Assembly (NCBI RefSeq): GCF_020745735.1
Contig: NC_083427.1
Location: forward strand, 1,333,438 to 1,397,437
Source of the DNA: Hemiscyllium ocellatum
Lineage: Eukaryota
Length of the DNA stretch: 64,000 nt
Direction of reading: 5' to 3'
Of this stretch, positions 52,441-64,000 are shown piece after piece. The notes beneath the pieces were generated by a model. That model did not search any database and was not told the origin of the DNA. It saw only the letters and a program-made list of their open reading frames with translations. The translations under genes and the position numbers were made by a program. Position 1 is the first letter of the stretch. Each line of letters opens with the position of its first letter.

Positions 52441-53104
52441 CCAACAAGTGCCTCAGTTATTTCGTATCACTTCTTAGTCAGTCAGTTCATTCTTCCAATA
52501 TACTTCATGACCAATGGTAAGTGTGGCCGAATTTCCTCATCAGGCACCTTGAAATACACAATTACAAACGCACACAGCACCCTATGGAGCAGCCTGGATC
52601 AATCCATGCAAGGATTCACAAAGCTGATGGAGAATGGTGAATCCTCTTTGCGATTCCATTGCAGTTACACATATTGACAGTGTCAGGAAGCATCCCAGTG
52701 TACATTGAGGTATGGTAGCATTGAATCTTCTTGCACAGAGAGCATTCAAATGTTCAACGACAGTCAGTTGAAAAAAAGGTTTTCTTTTATTTCAGTTTGC
52801 TTTTTCTAAATAGGATGAACGACAAATCTTTATTTTGATTCTTTCCCAACAAATGCCTGAGATAATATGACACTAGAAAGCGAGAAAAAAAACTGACTTT
52901 GTGTAGAAATTTGTATCTGTTTGCAGATTATTCTTTGGACATGGCGAATAAAACAAATCCTCAGCAGAGTATAAAAATCTCGGTGTGATTGTCTGCATGA
53001 ACATAACTGCACATATTATGTGAAGCCGCAAACATTCATGGGTGCGTTGAGCACAAGATTCCTGAGCAAAAATTGCTAAACAAACTGTTAATTTGAGATT
53101 TTCG

Positions 53105-53420
53105 ACAAGATCTGCTGCTCAGGTTGTGGGACAGTTTGCTGGTTTGCTCGCTGACGTGGGAGTTTTCCTTTCAGACGTTTTACTGCCATGCTAGGCAACA
53201 TAATTAGAGAACATCCATCGAAGCGTTGTTATTCTGTGCCACTTGGTACTGATGTGTCTTGGTATGTTTCGGTGTATGTTATCATTTGCAGTTCAACGTC
53301 TGAGAGGTTGGTAACTGGAGTCCAAATCGATAAGTTTTTTTTTATTGAAGTTCTGTTTTGAATGCTAGCTCTCTCGGAATTCCCACAAGTAAGTTTTGTT
53401 CAGACTGACATAGGATGCAT
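53105..53420 (-). mobile_element. PLE 3'-end fragment (third family)
   Basis: Minus strand resembles the EFLEAWHS..NSINKHIDLD C-terminus of GIY-YIG PLEs; decayed hammerhead region near 53165-53210. Confidence 0.6.
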
Positions 53421-54089
53421 GCATTTCCCCAGTCAACATAGTTATATCGACAGACAGACAGATTGACAGATGGACAGATCGACAGACAGAAGATTTGATT
53501 ACTTTCCTATGACAGGTGTTGAACTGAGTGTTCCACAGCTATTTGGTTTGTGCTCCGGATCATTTGTAAACATGCGAACCTCACCTGGGAACATTCCAAA
53601 ATGCAGGAAATAATATAGATTGAAAAGCCTCACAGAGCAAGATGTTCATCCTGTTAAAGGGTTTAAGCTGCTGCATGGTGTCCATTACTGAAATGTTTAA
53701 ATTCTCGCTAAAGATGTATGCAAAATGTTGAATAACTAATTGAAAAAATAACGTGCTGGTAGACAAAATAGATAGTATACAAGGAGAAAAGTTGCATTTG
53801 AAATGTCATCTTTGCAGCAAATGCAGAAATGTGGAAAGTAGTCAATGATTGTTAGGTATGGAAATATTAGCATGCCAATTCGAATGTCAATACGATTGAA
53901 TGCTGGGTGTGTACAGAGGTCAATGGGGGAAGTCAGGAGTCAGCATACAGCAATACTCTGATTCACAGTTGATTATTGTACAGTTGGATGAATCGATGGA
54001 TAGAGGGATAGATAGTGAGATAGAGTGACAGAGAGGTAGATAGATATATTTCTCTTCAATTTTCTATTTTTCTTCTAAATTTTTCCTTT

Positions 54090-54560
54090 GCACTTCTCTG
54101 ACTCTGGACACACTGTCGTATTCAGACCTGGGTCTCTGCATTTGATCATTTTTATTAAAAAATCCTCAAGTTTGCAACTCTTGACATTAAATGTTATCCT
54201 TTCTTCGAGGTCATTGCTTGATTTTATAGGAACATATTGGGTCTGAACTTCTGCTATTTTCTTCTTGACGACTCCTCGAGTTCTGACGACTTGATCTGCA
54301 AGTATGTTCTCCCAGTGGACATCGACCAATTTGCATTTTTGTTAATTAATTACCCTGTCCAGATGTTAGTGCTCTTATTCTCAGGCAGTCTTCGTTATTT
54401 TTCCTTTGCTATCCAAATTCGAACTGGGTTATGTTTATTATCTCTACATTGCTCATTTGTAAATATAACTTACCAATTTCTTTTCATATTCTTCTGGATT
54501 GCGAGTGAACCTGTCAAGCTTCCTCATTGTCTTTTGAACTACGTTCATTCAGGCAAGTGA
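54090..54560 (-). mobile_element. CR1-type LINE fragment (linker region)
   Basis: ORF 54075-54329 VDVHWENIL..EVQTQYVPIK. Confidence 0.7.
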
Positions 54561-54639
54561 TTAGTAGTCCATCGCACTCCAGATTTAAGCATTCTACATA
54601 GTATAAAGGCTTTAGAATGTCAGGAGTTGAGTTATTCAC

Positions 54640-55050
54640 TGCAGTATTTCAAGCTTCTCAACTGCATTTGCAGCACTCATCTTTGTATAGCTCCTCGAGT
54701 ACACTTTCTGGTCAAGGGCAACGCCCACGATGTTGATAATGTAATTTGTTGGACATATATATTGTCTGAGATGTTTGTGCCATGAATGCTACTTGTCACT
54801 TGCCATTCCAAGCCTGAGTATTGCATTTGCCTTTTTGCATTTGAACGTGGGCCTCTTCATTACGTAGTTAATGGTGCTAACTGTTGTGCAACTATCAGCG
54901 ACCATCTCGTGATATGATAAAGTGAGCATCATTGATGAAGCAGCTAAAGATGGTTTGGACAGGACAACAGCCTGAGGAATTCCAGCAGAGATGTTGTGGA
55001 AGAGAGATGACTGATCTCCAAAATTCGCAAATAGCTTCCTTTCTGCCAGA
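54640..55050 (-). mobile_element. CR1/L2-superfamily (second family) RT fragment
   Basis: SYLAERK..ISAGIPQAVVLS..ADSCT motif remnants. Confidence 0.75.
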
Positions 55051-55989
55051 TATGAATGCAATCATTAAACTTTTGCTTCCAAAATGTTTTGGAAATAAAG
55101 TATCAAAATGTAGTGTTACAATTCTGTTCGGGGTCCACCGAACGCTACGAGATTTGAGAGAATACCATTAAGTCATCATGTAAGTTTGTACAACAATAAA
55201 TGGATTTTAAGTTAGACATCTTTTGGTTTTCCTGTTGTGTGGAGAATATGAAGAAGACTGAACATCAGGACCTAACTATGGAAATGTAATTTTCCGATTT
55301 GCTTCTCATCTGCAAGTTGCGAATAGAGATCGGAGTGCTGAATAGTGTCAAAGAGGGAGGGAAGGCAGAGATAGTTGATTTGGAGGGAGTGCCATGTAAT
55401 TGGGTGTAACAAGTGCCTTGTATCTACCTTCAGCCAATTAAAAGCTGACATCAGGAATCAGACTTTGATAGCATATCGTGATGGTTTGTTACCTCGCAAC
55501 TGATATCTTAATGTCCATTGATATCCCATGTATGTAAATCCCTTAAGATGTTTCTAAAATGTGATGAGATATTCATCGATATGACAGAACAGAACCTGTC
55601 CCCATTAAGGGATTGTTCTTGATTCAGTTTGCAAAGGCATTAATAACTTATTTGGTTTGGTGCCTAAATGTGACAAAAAAGGATTCTTTAAAAAAAAAAT
55701 ACGAAACGATTTCTGTCACCTTCACTTGCCAAATGTTTTTCCAGGTGTGAGAAGAGAAATTCATTACCTCTACCAGATGATACATTTAACCCATGGCTCC
55801 AAGAATGACAGGTAATTACTCGTTCGGAAATTGCTTCGGATCGTAGAAGCAATTCCAATTCTCTTATGTGCAGGAGCAGGAATTCCGATAGTATGCATGA
55901 CCTCAGTTATTACAACATTGACAGTCCATGAACTGGAGATGGTCTTGACTCCCAGTAGTTGCATGTCAGTGCTGAGCATTGGATGAAGA

Positions 55990-57255
55990 TGCATCCAAAT
56001 CTTCAGACATTGCGTTTTCTTTGAAAGAGTCATCGAATCATAGGGATACACAGCGTAGAAACAGACCGTTCTGTCCAAGTTGGCTCTGACGAAAATATAT
56101 TGTCAGCTATTCTAGTGCCATTTTCCAGCACTTGGCCCATATCCCGCGCAACCCTTTCTATTCACACACCCACCCATATGCCTTTCAAATGCTGAGATTA
56201 CACCATCCTCCACCATTTTCTCTGGCAGCTCATTTCATATATGTGCCACAATCTACGCACAAAGGCTGCCCCTTACGTACCATTTATATCCTCCACTCCT
56301 TATACTACAAGAAAACCCTTTAATTCTGGACTTGCACACCTCAGGGAAAAGACTTGTCTGTTTTCTCCTATCGAAGCCCCTCACGATTTCTTTAGGGTTA
56401 ATACTGAGCCTCCGAAGTTCCAGAGAAAACAGCCCCAGCCTCTTCAGTCTCGCCCGAGAAGTCAAATCCTCCAACACTGGCAACATGCTTGTACTTTTTT
56501 CCTCACTTTTTTAAGTTTCACAACATCATTTCGATAAGAAGGAGACCAGAATTGCACAAAATATTCCAAAAGTGGCTTAAGCAACGACTTGTACAGCCGG
56601 AACGTGACATCCGAATTCCTATATTCAGTGCTCTGCCTAATGAAGGAAAGTATTATCAAACACTTCTTGATTATCCGATCCACCTGCAACTCTACTTTCA
56701 AGGAACGATGAACCTGCACTCCAAGGTCTCTCTGTTCAGCAACACTCCCCAGGACCATTCCTTTAAATATAAATGTCCAACTTTGGTTTGTATTTCCAAA
56801 AAAAAACAGCATCTCACGTTTTTCTAAATTAACCTCCGTCTGCCATTCGTCAGCCCAAAGATGGGCGGCACAGTGACACAGTGGTTAGCACTGTTGCCTC
56901 ACAGCGCCAGAGACCTGGGTTCAATTCCTACCTCAGGCGACTGTCGGTGTGGAGTTTACACATTCTCATCGTGTCTGCGTGGGTTTCTTCCGGGTGCTCC
57001 CGTTTCCTCCCACAATCCAAAAATATGCAGGTTAGGTGAATTGGCCTTGCTAAATTGCCCATAGTATTAGGTGAAGGGGGGGCGGGGGGGGGGCGGGGCG
57101 GGGAAATGGGTCTTAGTGTGTTGCGCTTCGGTGGGTTGGTGTGGACTTGTTAGTCCGAAGGACCAATTTCCACACTGTAAACAATCTAATCTAATCTAAA
57201 ATGTGATCAAGATCCCGTTGTCCTCTGAGGTAACCTTCTTCATTGTCCACTTCGC
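55990..57255 (-). mobile_element. CR1-type LINE fragment interrupted by SINE 56863-57198
   Basis: ORF 56462-56812 EQRDLGVQVHRSLKV..KSLLKPLLEYFVQFWSP; resumes after the SINE. Confidence 0.9.
56863..57198 (+). mobile_element. HE1-like SINE with expanded G/C tract
   Basis: Head, core and (CTAAT)n tail; G-run expansion ~57076-57103. Confidence 0.88.
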
Positions 57256-57999
57256 CTCGAAGCTTGGTGCTCTTTCTTGAAACTGTGCAGAATTGTCATT
57301 GGTTTCTCTCTGAGTTCAAATAGGCAATTAATGCTTCCAATACATTGATAAAATCGCCTTGCAACAACAGACAAAAATTGTCAGGTTTTTAAAGGTGAAT
57401 GAAATTTTCAGCAATTAAATGGAAAATGTAATGATGCAGATGCAGTAAACTTTTACTGGCAAAGTTTGGGAGCATATGTAGACGACAGAGGAACTCAGTG
57501 ATGAAATAGCATCATTCATAAGGGAGAGGATAGCATGGAAGATGGGTCAGGCGTGAGGTATGGATGAAAGTATAGAACCCAGAGGTCTGGAGTGAACCAC
57601 AGTGACGGCTTTTAGAAAAGCATGCATAGTTAAGAATAGAATGAAAACGTTAAAATAACTTGCTGATAGAGCACAATTGAGAAAAATTAGTCATATCCAC
57701 GACACATGACATTCCCAACGTTTGCTGCACATCCGCCACTTCATCAACACAATCTTCAAAATTGACATGGTGACAATATCTCAAGTCCTTTTTTTTCGAT
57801 GGACTGCAGCATTTAACTCCCACTGTCTCAGTGAGAGGATCAGTATGTTTGTGGCATAACTGAAAATTATCACAACCAATACTCTATCAGTGCAGGGTCA
57901 GTTTGTTTAGAAATATATTTTCAATTTTCCCACATAGCTCATGGAGTGCACTTTGTTGTTTCGGTAAAGTATCAAAGGCACGTTTTAGAGCTGGAACAC

Positions 58000-58465
58000 A
58001 CCAACCATAGAATCAAAAGTTCATAGAGATGTACAGCATCGAAACAGAGCCTTCGGTCTGACTAGTCCATTTCAGTCTGATGTCCTAAATTAATCGAGTC
58101 TTATTTGCCAGCAGTTGTGTCATATCTATATGAAAACTTTCGATTTCGAAACCCATCCAATTGTGTTTTAAATGTTGCAGTTGTACCAGTCTCTACCATC
58201 TCCTCTGGCAGTTCAATTCCACGCGTGCACTATCTTCTGTCTGGAAAAAGTTGCTGCTTATGTCTCTTTTTAAAACTTTTCGCTCTCACCCTCATTCTCA
58301 GCCCTCTAGTTCTGGACTCTCCGACTCCAAGAAAAAGGTCGTTTCGGTTTATCCTATCCATGTCCTACATGACTTTATAAACCTCAATGCGGTCAACCCT
58401 CAGTTTCTAACGCTTCAGGGAAAACGGTCCCAGCCTATTCTCCCTCTCCCTACAGCTCTTCAAAC
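58000..58465 (-). mobile_element. CR1-type LINE 3' end
   Basis: Reverse-complement 3' UTR and RT C-terminus. Confidence 0.8.
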
Positions 58466-58667
58466 CTGTCTGCGTGGGTTTCCTCCGGGTGCTCTGGTTT
58501 CCACCCACCGTCCAAAGATGTGCAGGTCAGGTGAATTGTCCATGCTAAATTGCCCGTAGTGTCAGGTAACGGGGTAAATGGAGGGGAATGGGTGGGTTGT
58601 GCTTCGGCGGGTCGGTGTGGACTTGTTGGGCCGAAGGGCCTGTTTCCACGCTGTAAGTAATCTAATT
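58466..58667 (+). mobile_element. 5'-truncated HE1-like SINE
   Basis: Core and tail only. Confidence 0.85.
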
Positions 58668-59369
58668 ATCCTCCTTCGTCTCAGAATGGCTATGAATTGA
58701 ATTGTACTATGGCATACGATACAAATGAAGTAAGAGTCATGAATTGCAGCCCTTCTTCTTGTTTTAAGTATCACGAACACTTTGGTTACTTCATTCTATT
58801 TATTAAGAAATGGAATATGTGGAAATGCTCTTTAATACTATACTCTCTGAGGTTCCATCGAAACTTCGTTAATGCACCTTTTAAGATCAGCATGATCATT
58901 GACCCATATATCTCTGTTGTCCATCTAATGAGGATTTGACAATATCCAAAACATTCATACTATGTCATCCTGTCTTATGTAAACTTTTGGCCTTGTTCAT
59001 TGTAAATATGTTTGTACTTGCCGAATTAAAAATAGACATAGCTAATGACAATTTATGTAGTTATAAGTGGTTAAATAAGTTACTTTTCGATGTTAATAAT
59101 TGTTGAAGTTGTTTTGTGAAATTATATTTTTCACTATCCCTAACCTGACCCTGTTGTTTAGGAGCGCGCAGTCAAAACTTGTAAACTTGCACAAGTCAAA
59201 AGATGAAAGTGGATAACCTAGCCACAACACATCATTGCTCTCAAGGTAAACTTCTGGGATATTATAAGGAGCAAAGCAAAAGAGCAGAAAGGTCAACCTT
59301 CCACCAATGGTCTTTATCATACTCCTCTTGATGAACTCCATGACTTACTTTCTAACTCCAACTCTTATA

Positions 59370-60545
59370 AGGTTGGTTTTTAGTTATGGTTTGCGAATTG
59401 TGGAATGCCTGAGGAGTCCTTGCTGGGTCGATTGCTGTTTATTATTTATGTGAATGCTTTGGATGAGAATGTACATGATTAGCATGCTTGCAGACAAAAT
59501 TAAAATAGGACGTACTGTGTGCAGTGAGAAAGTTTATCTGAAATTGCAGCAGGACCTTGATCAACTGGGGAAGTGGTTTGAGGAATGACACATCGGGGTT
59601 GATAGAGATATGTATGAGGGGCTGCATTTCGAAATGCCAAATTGAGGTCAGAGTTTCATTAGTTTCTTCTATTTTGCTTTATTCCTTCTTATGTCCCAGA
59701 ACTTTACCTTGAGAGCTATGATGTGTTGTGGCTAGGTTATGCACTTCCATCTTTTAATTTGTGCAAGGTTAAGAATTTTGACTGCACACACCAAATCAAC
59801 AGGATCAGGGTCTTAAAGAGTGATGAGGAACCGCGGGATCTTGGAGTTCATATCCACGGCTTTCCGAAAGTAGAGTCACAGGTAGGCAGGGCAGGGAAGA
59901 AGGTTTTTGGCACACTGGCCTTCATCAGTCAGGGCATTGATAATAGAATTTGGGACGTTATGTTGCGGTTTTACAGGACGTCGATGAGACAGCACTTGGA
60001 GTATTCTGTTCAGTTTTGGTCACCGAGATCTCGGAAGGATGTTACTAAACTGGAAATAGTGGAAAAGAATTTTAAAAGATTGCTGCCAGGACTCAAAGGT
60101 CTGTTTCATTTGGGAGAGCTTGGACAATGTAGGAGATTTTTTTATTTTGTAGCGGAGGAGACTGAGGCAAGGAAATTATAGAAGGGTGTCAGATCATGTG
60201 AGGCAGGGTAGAAAGTGAATGCATGCAGTCTTTTTACCAGGATTATGGGATCAAGAACTAGAGTGTATCAGTTTAAGGTGAGAGTGGAAAGAATGAAAGG
60301 GATCCTGAGAGTGAACTTTTTTTACACGGACGGTGTTACTGAAATGGATGAGCTGCCAGCAGAAGTATTTGAGGCATGAACATTAACAATTTTTAGAAGG
60401 ACTTTTGACAAACACATGGATAGGAAACTTCTTAAGAGATAAAGGCCAAGTGCAGAAAATGGGATTAACATGGGGGGACATTTTGGCCGTGTGGACGCGT
60501 TTGGGCCAAAGAACGTATCTTCGTCTGTAGGACTCTATGACTCTG
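59370..60545 (+). mobile_element. CR1-type LINE fragment interrupted by inverted local copy 59663-59809
   Basis: EEPRDLGVHIH..RQHLEYSVQFWSP; tail ctctatgactct. Confidence 0.88.
59663..59809 (-). repeat. 147-bp inverted copy of 59144-59290
   Basis: Ungapped, 124/147 identical by my count. Confidence 0.9.
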
Positions 60546-62079
60546 CTGGAAAGCAGAAAGAGAGATAAAAAACAGAGAGAGTAGAAGAACGTGTGGACCA
60601 TGGAATAAAAGTGTTCATCAGTTAATTGTAGATTTTAAGTATTCATACTGAAAGGATGGTTGCCAGATCCATACTTATTTGCAGTTCATGTTCTCAATAC
60701 GAAAAGGCTTCTGTGTCACCATAAAGGTCTGGACTACATATCGTTTGTTCACATCTGATCTAATGCATGTTAAGGCTGGAAACATGATTGCAAAATGATA
60801 TAATGGAAGACAGCAAACAGGAATGGCGATCTCAATCTGTATAGTCAACTGGTCTATAACTTTACTGGGCAGGCCCTCAGAATCGGCGATAATACAAAGA
60901 AAGAGGAAAAACAGAAATGCAAATCTCAATGTGCAATGAGATCTAGTCACCAAAAGAGGGAATCAGGACCTGCAAAAATGTAAATGATGATGCAGTTAAT
61001 GCCACTTTGATACCATAGTCACTGTACTGCTTCGTTATTGATGACAACCTGCAAATATAATATTCCAGAAATATTCATGTGACATGAGACCCACTGAAGT
61101 ATGGGCCTTTGGGCATATACGGAGCTAAGTATAGGAGAAAGAGTGGAAATTGGTTCTTCAATTTTAAAAATAAGTCACCTAAAATGTTTCCCTTAAAATG
61201 TTTGACTTTTGGAGCGTCAAAGGCTAAATTGCTGCTGATCAAAATACTGGAACACTGGAATCGCAAGGAGACCAGATCAGTTAACGGAAGCAGACTTGCT
61301 TCCCTAAACAACAGTACTGAACCAGATTTCGAGGATATCGTCACTTTGTATAAAGTATTTATTTCTGGATTAATAGTTGCTTTCAGCATTTACTAGTTGC
61401 TCTGACACCTGATCTACTGCAGCCTGATGAAGAATTTAACATTCTCCAATTACTTAGCAAAGAAATGAGTGACCAGCTCAACTGCACTTAAGCTTTTTGG
61501 AAACTTATGCACTTAGGAAAACATTTATCACTCATATCCTGAATTTAGCGAGTTTGGAACTATTCCCTCAACTAATCCTTATCAGACAAGATTTAGGATT
61601 TCCCATTAGCTTGCAGTTGTGTCAGTGCCAAGGTGCTTTCTAATGTGAGGCTTTGGGGGATGTTCAGGCAACAAATGCAGTTTGGAAAATGTAAAGATTC
61701 GTTTATCGTAAACGTTGAATGGCGATCCGGTGTGCAGTAACTTCCTGAAGAAGACAGCTGACTGTGTGTCTCGATATTTCATTAAGAGAAAGGGACTAGT
61801 TAATTTTCACTCAGTTTTGATTCAAAAGTTGTAAATGTGGAAAGAAGTGCGTAGATCATTGATCTTCCATGAAAAATATTGTGAAGCAACAGCTAGAGCA
61901 AGTAATGCTTTCAAGCATGCCCCATGTATGCAGAAACAAATGATAGACGTTCCACTGTCTCAGATGGAGGTGATGGACATGAGGTTTTATTTTTCAGAAA
62001 GTCCTGGCCAGAGGTTTAGAACCTGAAAGACTGCATTAACAACTTGCAAGATTGGTGTCAGGTCATGCAATTGACTTGA

Positions 62080-63090
62080 TGGCAAGCTTGCAAAGTTTAA
62101 AAGTGGAAAGATGCTTCTCGGACTGGCGCCTTGCGACTCGTGGAGTCGCTTGTGTACCCATTACTGTTCGTTATCTATATCAATCATTTGGGCGAGAACG
62201 TCTATAACATAATTAGCAAGTTTTGAGAAGACACTAAATCAGAGGTTTGTGAACTGCCAGGAAGGTTATCAGAAATTGCTGCAGGACCTTGACCAGCTGA
62301 GGAAGTGGACTGAGACATTGCAAATGCAGTTTAACATAGGAACCTGTAACTTTTCAGATTTTAGAAACTCAAATCAATGTGGGAGTTTGATGGTGAATGT
62401 CATAGTCTCAAAGAGTGCAGTAGAACAGAGCAACCTTAGAGTTCAGGTGTACGGTTCTCTGAAAGTGGAGTTAGCAGGCAAGAAGACTTTTGGTACACTG
62501 AACTACATTAGTCAGGGCACTGAGAATACAAGTTGGGAAGCTATGTTGCAGTTGCACAGGACCTTTTTGAGGACGCACTCGGTGCATTGTCTTCAGAATT
62601 GGTCACCTTGCTATAGGAAGGATGTCATTAAACTGGAAGGAACTCAGAAGAAAGTTACAAACATGTTGCATATACTCAATGGTCTGGGTTATCTGGAGAC
62701 GTTTTACAAAATGGGACTTTTTTCGTTAGAGCCGATGAGACTGAGAGTGGATCATATGGAAGACCATAAGATCATGGATGTGGTGAATGCACTCAGTGTT
62801 TTATTCGTGGTTGTGGAAACTAGGATTAGAGGTGATTAGTTTAAAGTTTGAGGAGAAAGAATAAAGAGAACCTGAGAGGCAACATATTTGCACAGAGCAT
62901 GGTGTGCATGTGAAATGAGCTTGCGAGTGGAAGTGTTTGAGGCAGGTTCATTAAAAACATTTAAAAGGCATTTGGACAAATAGACAGCGAGGAAAGGTAT
63001 CGGAGGACATCTGCCAAATGCAGGTAAATGGGGTTAGCATGGATGGAACCTTTGGATGGCAACATCCAGTTTGGAACAAAAGGCCTGTAT
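62080..63090 (+). mobile_element. CR1-type LINE fragment
   Basis: ORF 62249-62839 QDLDQLRKW..MQFN..EQSNLRVQV..QNWSPCYRKDVIKLE. Confidence 0.9.
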
Positions 63091-63849
63091 CCACGCTCAA
63101 TGGCTCTCCATTTACGATCTTGTGCTGAAATGAACGTTTAATTCGCATATCAAGCCATGTTCTCACCCATTCAATTTTGGTCAGTAACAGAGCATCCTCA
63201 AAAGAATAAGCACGCCATTAATTTATTGTAACGGCAGTATCTCCACTCAAAAATGCTAAAACGTTGAATATGCAAGTTTTGTTTTCATTCCCAAGTTTAA
63301 GGTGTTATGTAGGCTTTTGCTGTTTTGTTTTTCTACAGTTGTTAACGCTTCATCATGAGAGTCGAAGAGATAGAATGCTGGGATATGACCACTGTTGGAG
63401 TGCAGGGAGTATTGAAGTTTTCTATTCTATTCTGATTTAACATTGGGGAATGGAAACCACATGGGCTGTACAGCACAGTCTGAAAAATCAATTAGATTGA
63501 ATCTTGCTAAGACAGATAAATGATAATGGCAGGCGGAACTGCTGTGTGGGAAGCAATGAATCACAGTATCACAGAAATATTACAGTGCAGAAAGAGACCA
63601 TTAGGACCAAAGAATCAATTAACCAGTGCGAATTTCATACGTTTTTAAACAAAACTGCACACCATTACCACCCAATGAAAACAAGTGTATCCAATGCCCT
63701 CTTGAATGCTTCAGTTGTACCTGTTTCTCTCACATTGCCAGGAAATGCATTCAATGCGCTATTAAATCGCTCTTTGGATGATGCTTTTCTTTCTCAGTGC
63801 AGACCACTGAGTCACCATAGGACCGGATAAGAGCGGATAAGGATCTGAT

Positions 63850-63985
63850 TCATTCATGGTGAGAGCTTATGGTTGAAACGTCGACTCTCCTGCTCGTCGA
63901 ATGCCACATTAACAGTTGTAATTTTCCAGGAACACATTTTCTGACTCTGATCTTCAACATCTGCAGTCCTTACTTTCTCCGACCC
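63850..63985 (+). mobile_element. PLE terminal-repeat fragment
   Basis: gagagcttatggttgaaacgtcgactctcc...atctgcagtccttactttctcc matches the tail at 8040-8156. Confidence 0.6.
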
Positions 63986-64000
63986 AATAACATGCCCTCT

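Noticed and set aside
59093-59810. Similar peptides LESxDVLWLGY in ORFs 59093-59341 and 59723-60181 suggesting a duplicated gene
   Set aside because: Substitutions are nearly all non-synonymous in that frame and the other frames I checked have stops; explained by DNA-level inverted duplication.
60675-60953. Signal-peptide-like ORF MVTRSHCTLRFAFLFFLFLC
   Set aside because: Starts at TTG with an in-frame stop just upstream; no recognisable domain.

Overview
Repeat-rich eukaryotic DNA from a cartilaginous fish (shark; SINE/LINE content and Ig sequence fit an orectolobiform such as a bamboo shark, but species is inference). The only host gene I can support is the constant half of one IgNAR (heavy-chain-only antibody) cluster on the + strand: intact exons C1 (9553-9873), C2 (10985-11281), C3 (11362-11679), C4 (15087-15407), C5 plus secretory tail (16205-16587), TM1 (22995-23152) and a probable TM2 (26982-26990). 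C1-C5 and TM1 begin in phase 1 at canonical AG acceptors. No V, D, J or convincing RSS was found, so the variable part should lie upstream and 1-9552 is J-C1 intron. The rest is retroelement debris: CR1/L2-type LINEs, a Rex1/Babar fragment, HE1-like tRNA-derived SINEs and Penelope-like elements (PLEs), one young with a 14-bp TSD, inverted ends and two minimal hammerhead ribozymes. Most unusual: repeated short, locally templated copies of nearby DNA inserted in or beside retroelements. One copies the C4 3' end and splice donor into the C3-C4 intron and creates a potential in-frame 27-nt micro-exon. Other candidates: a sense-strand hammerhead in the IgNAR pre-mRNA, a cryptic Cys-ended tail after C3 and a second TM2 exon. 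No tRNA/rRNA genes or CRISPR arrays seen. Repeat boundaries are approximate, set by eye.
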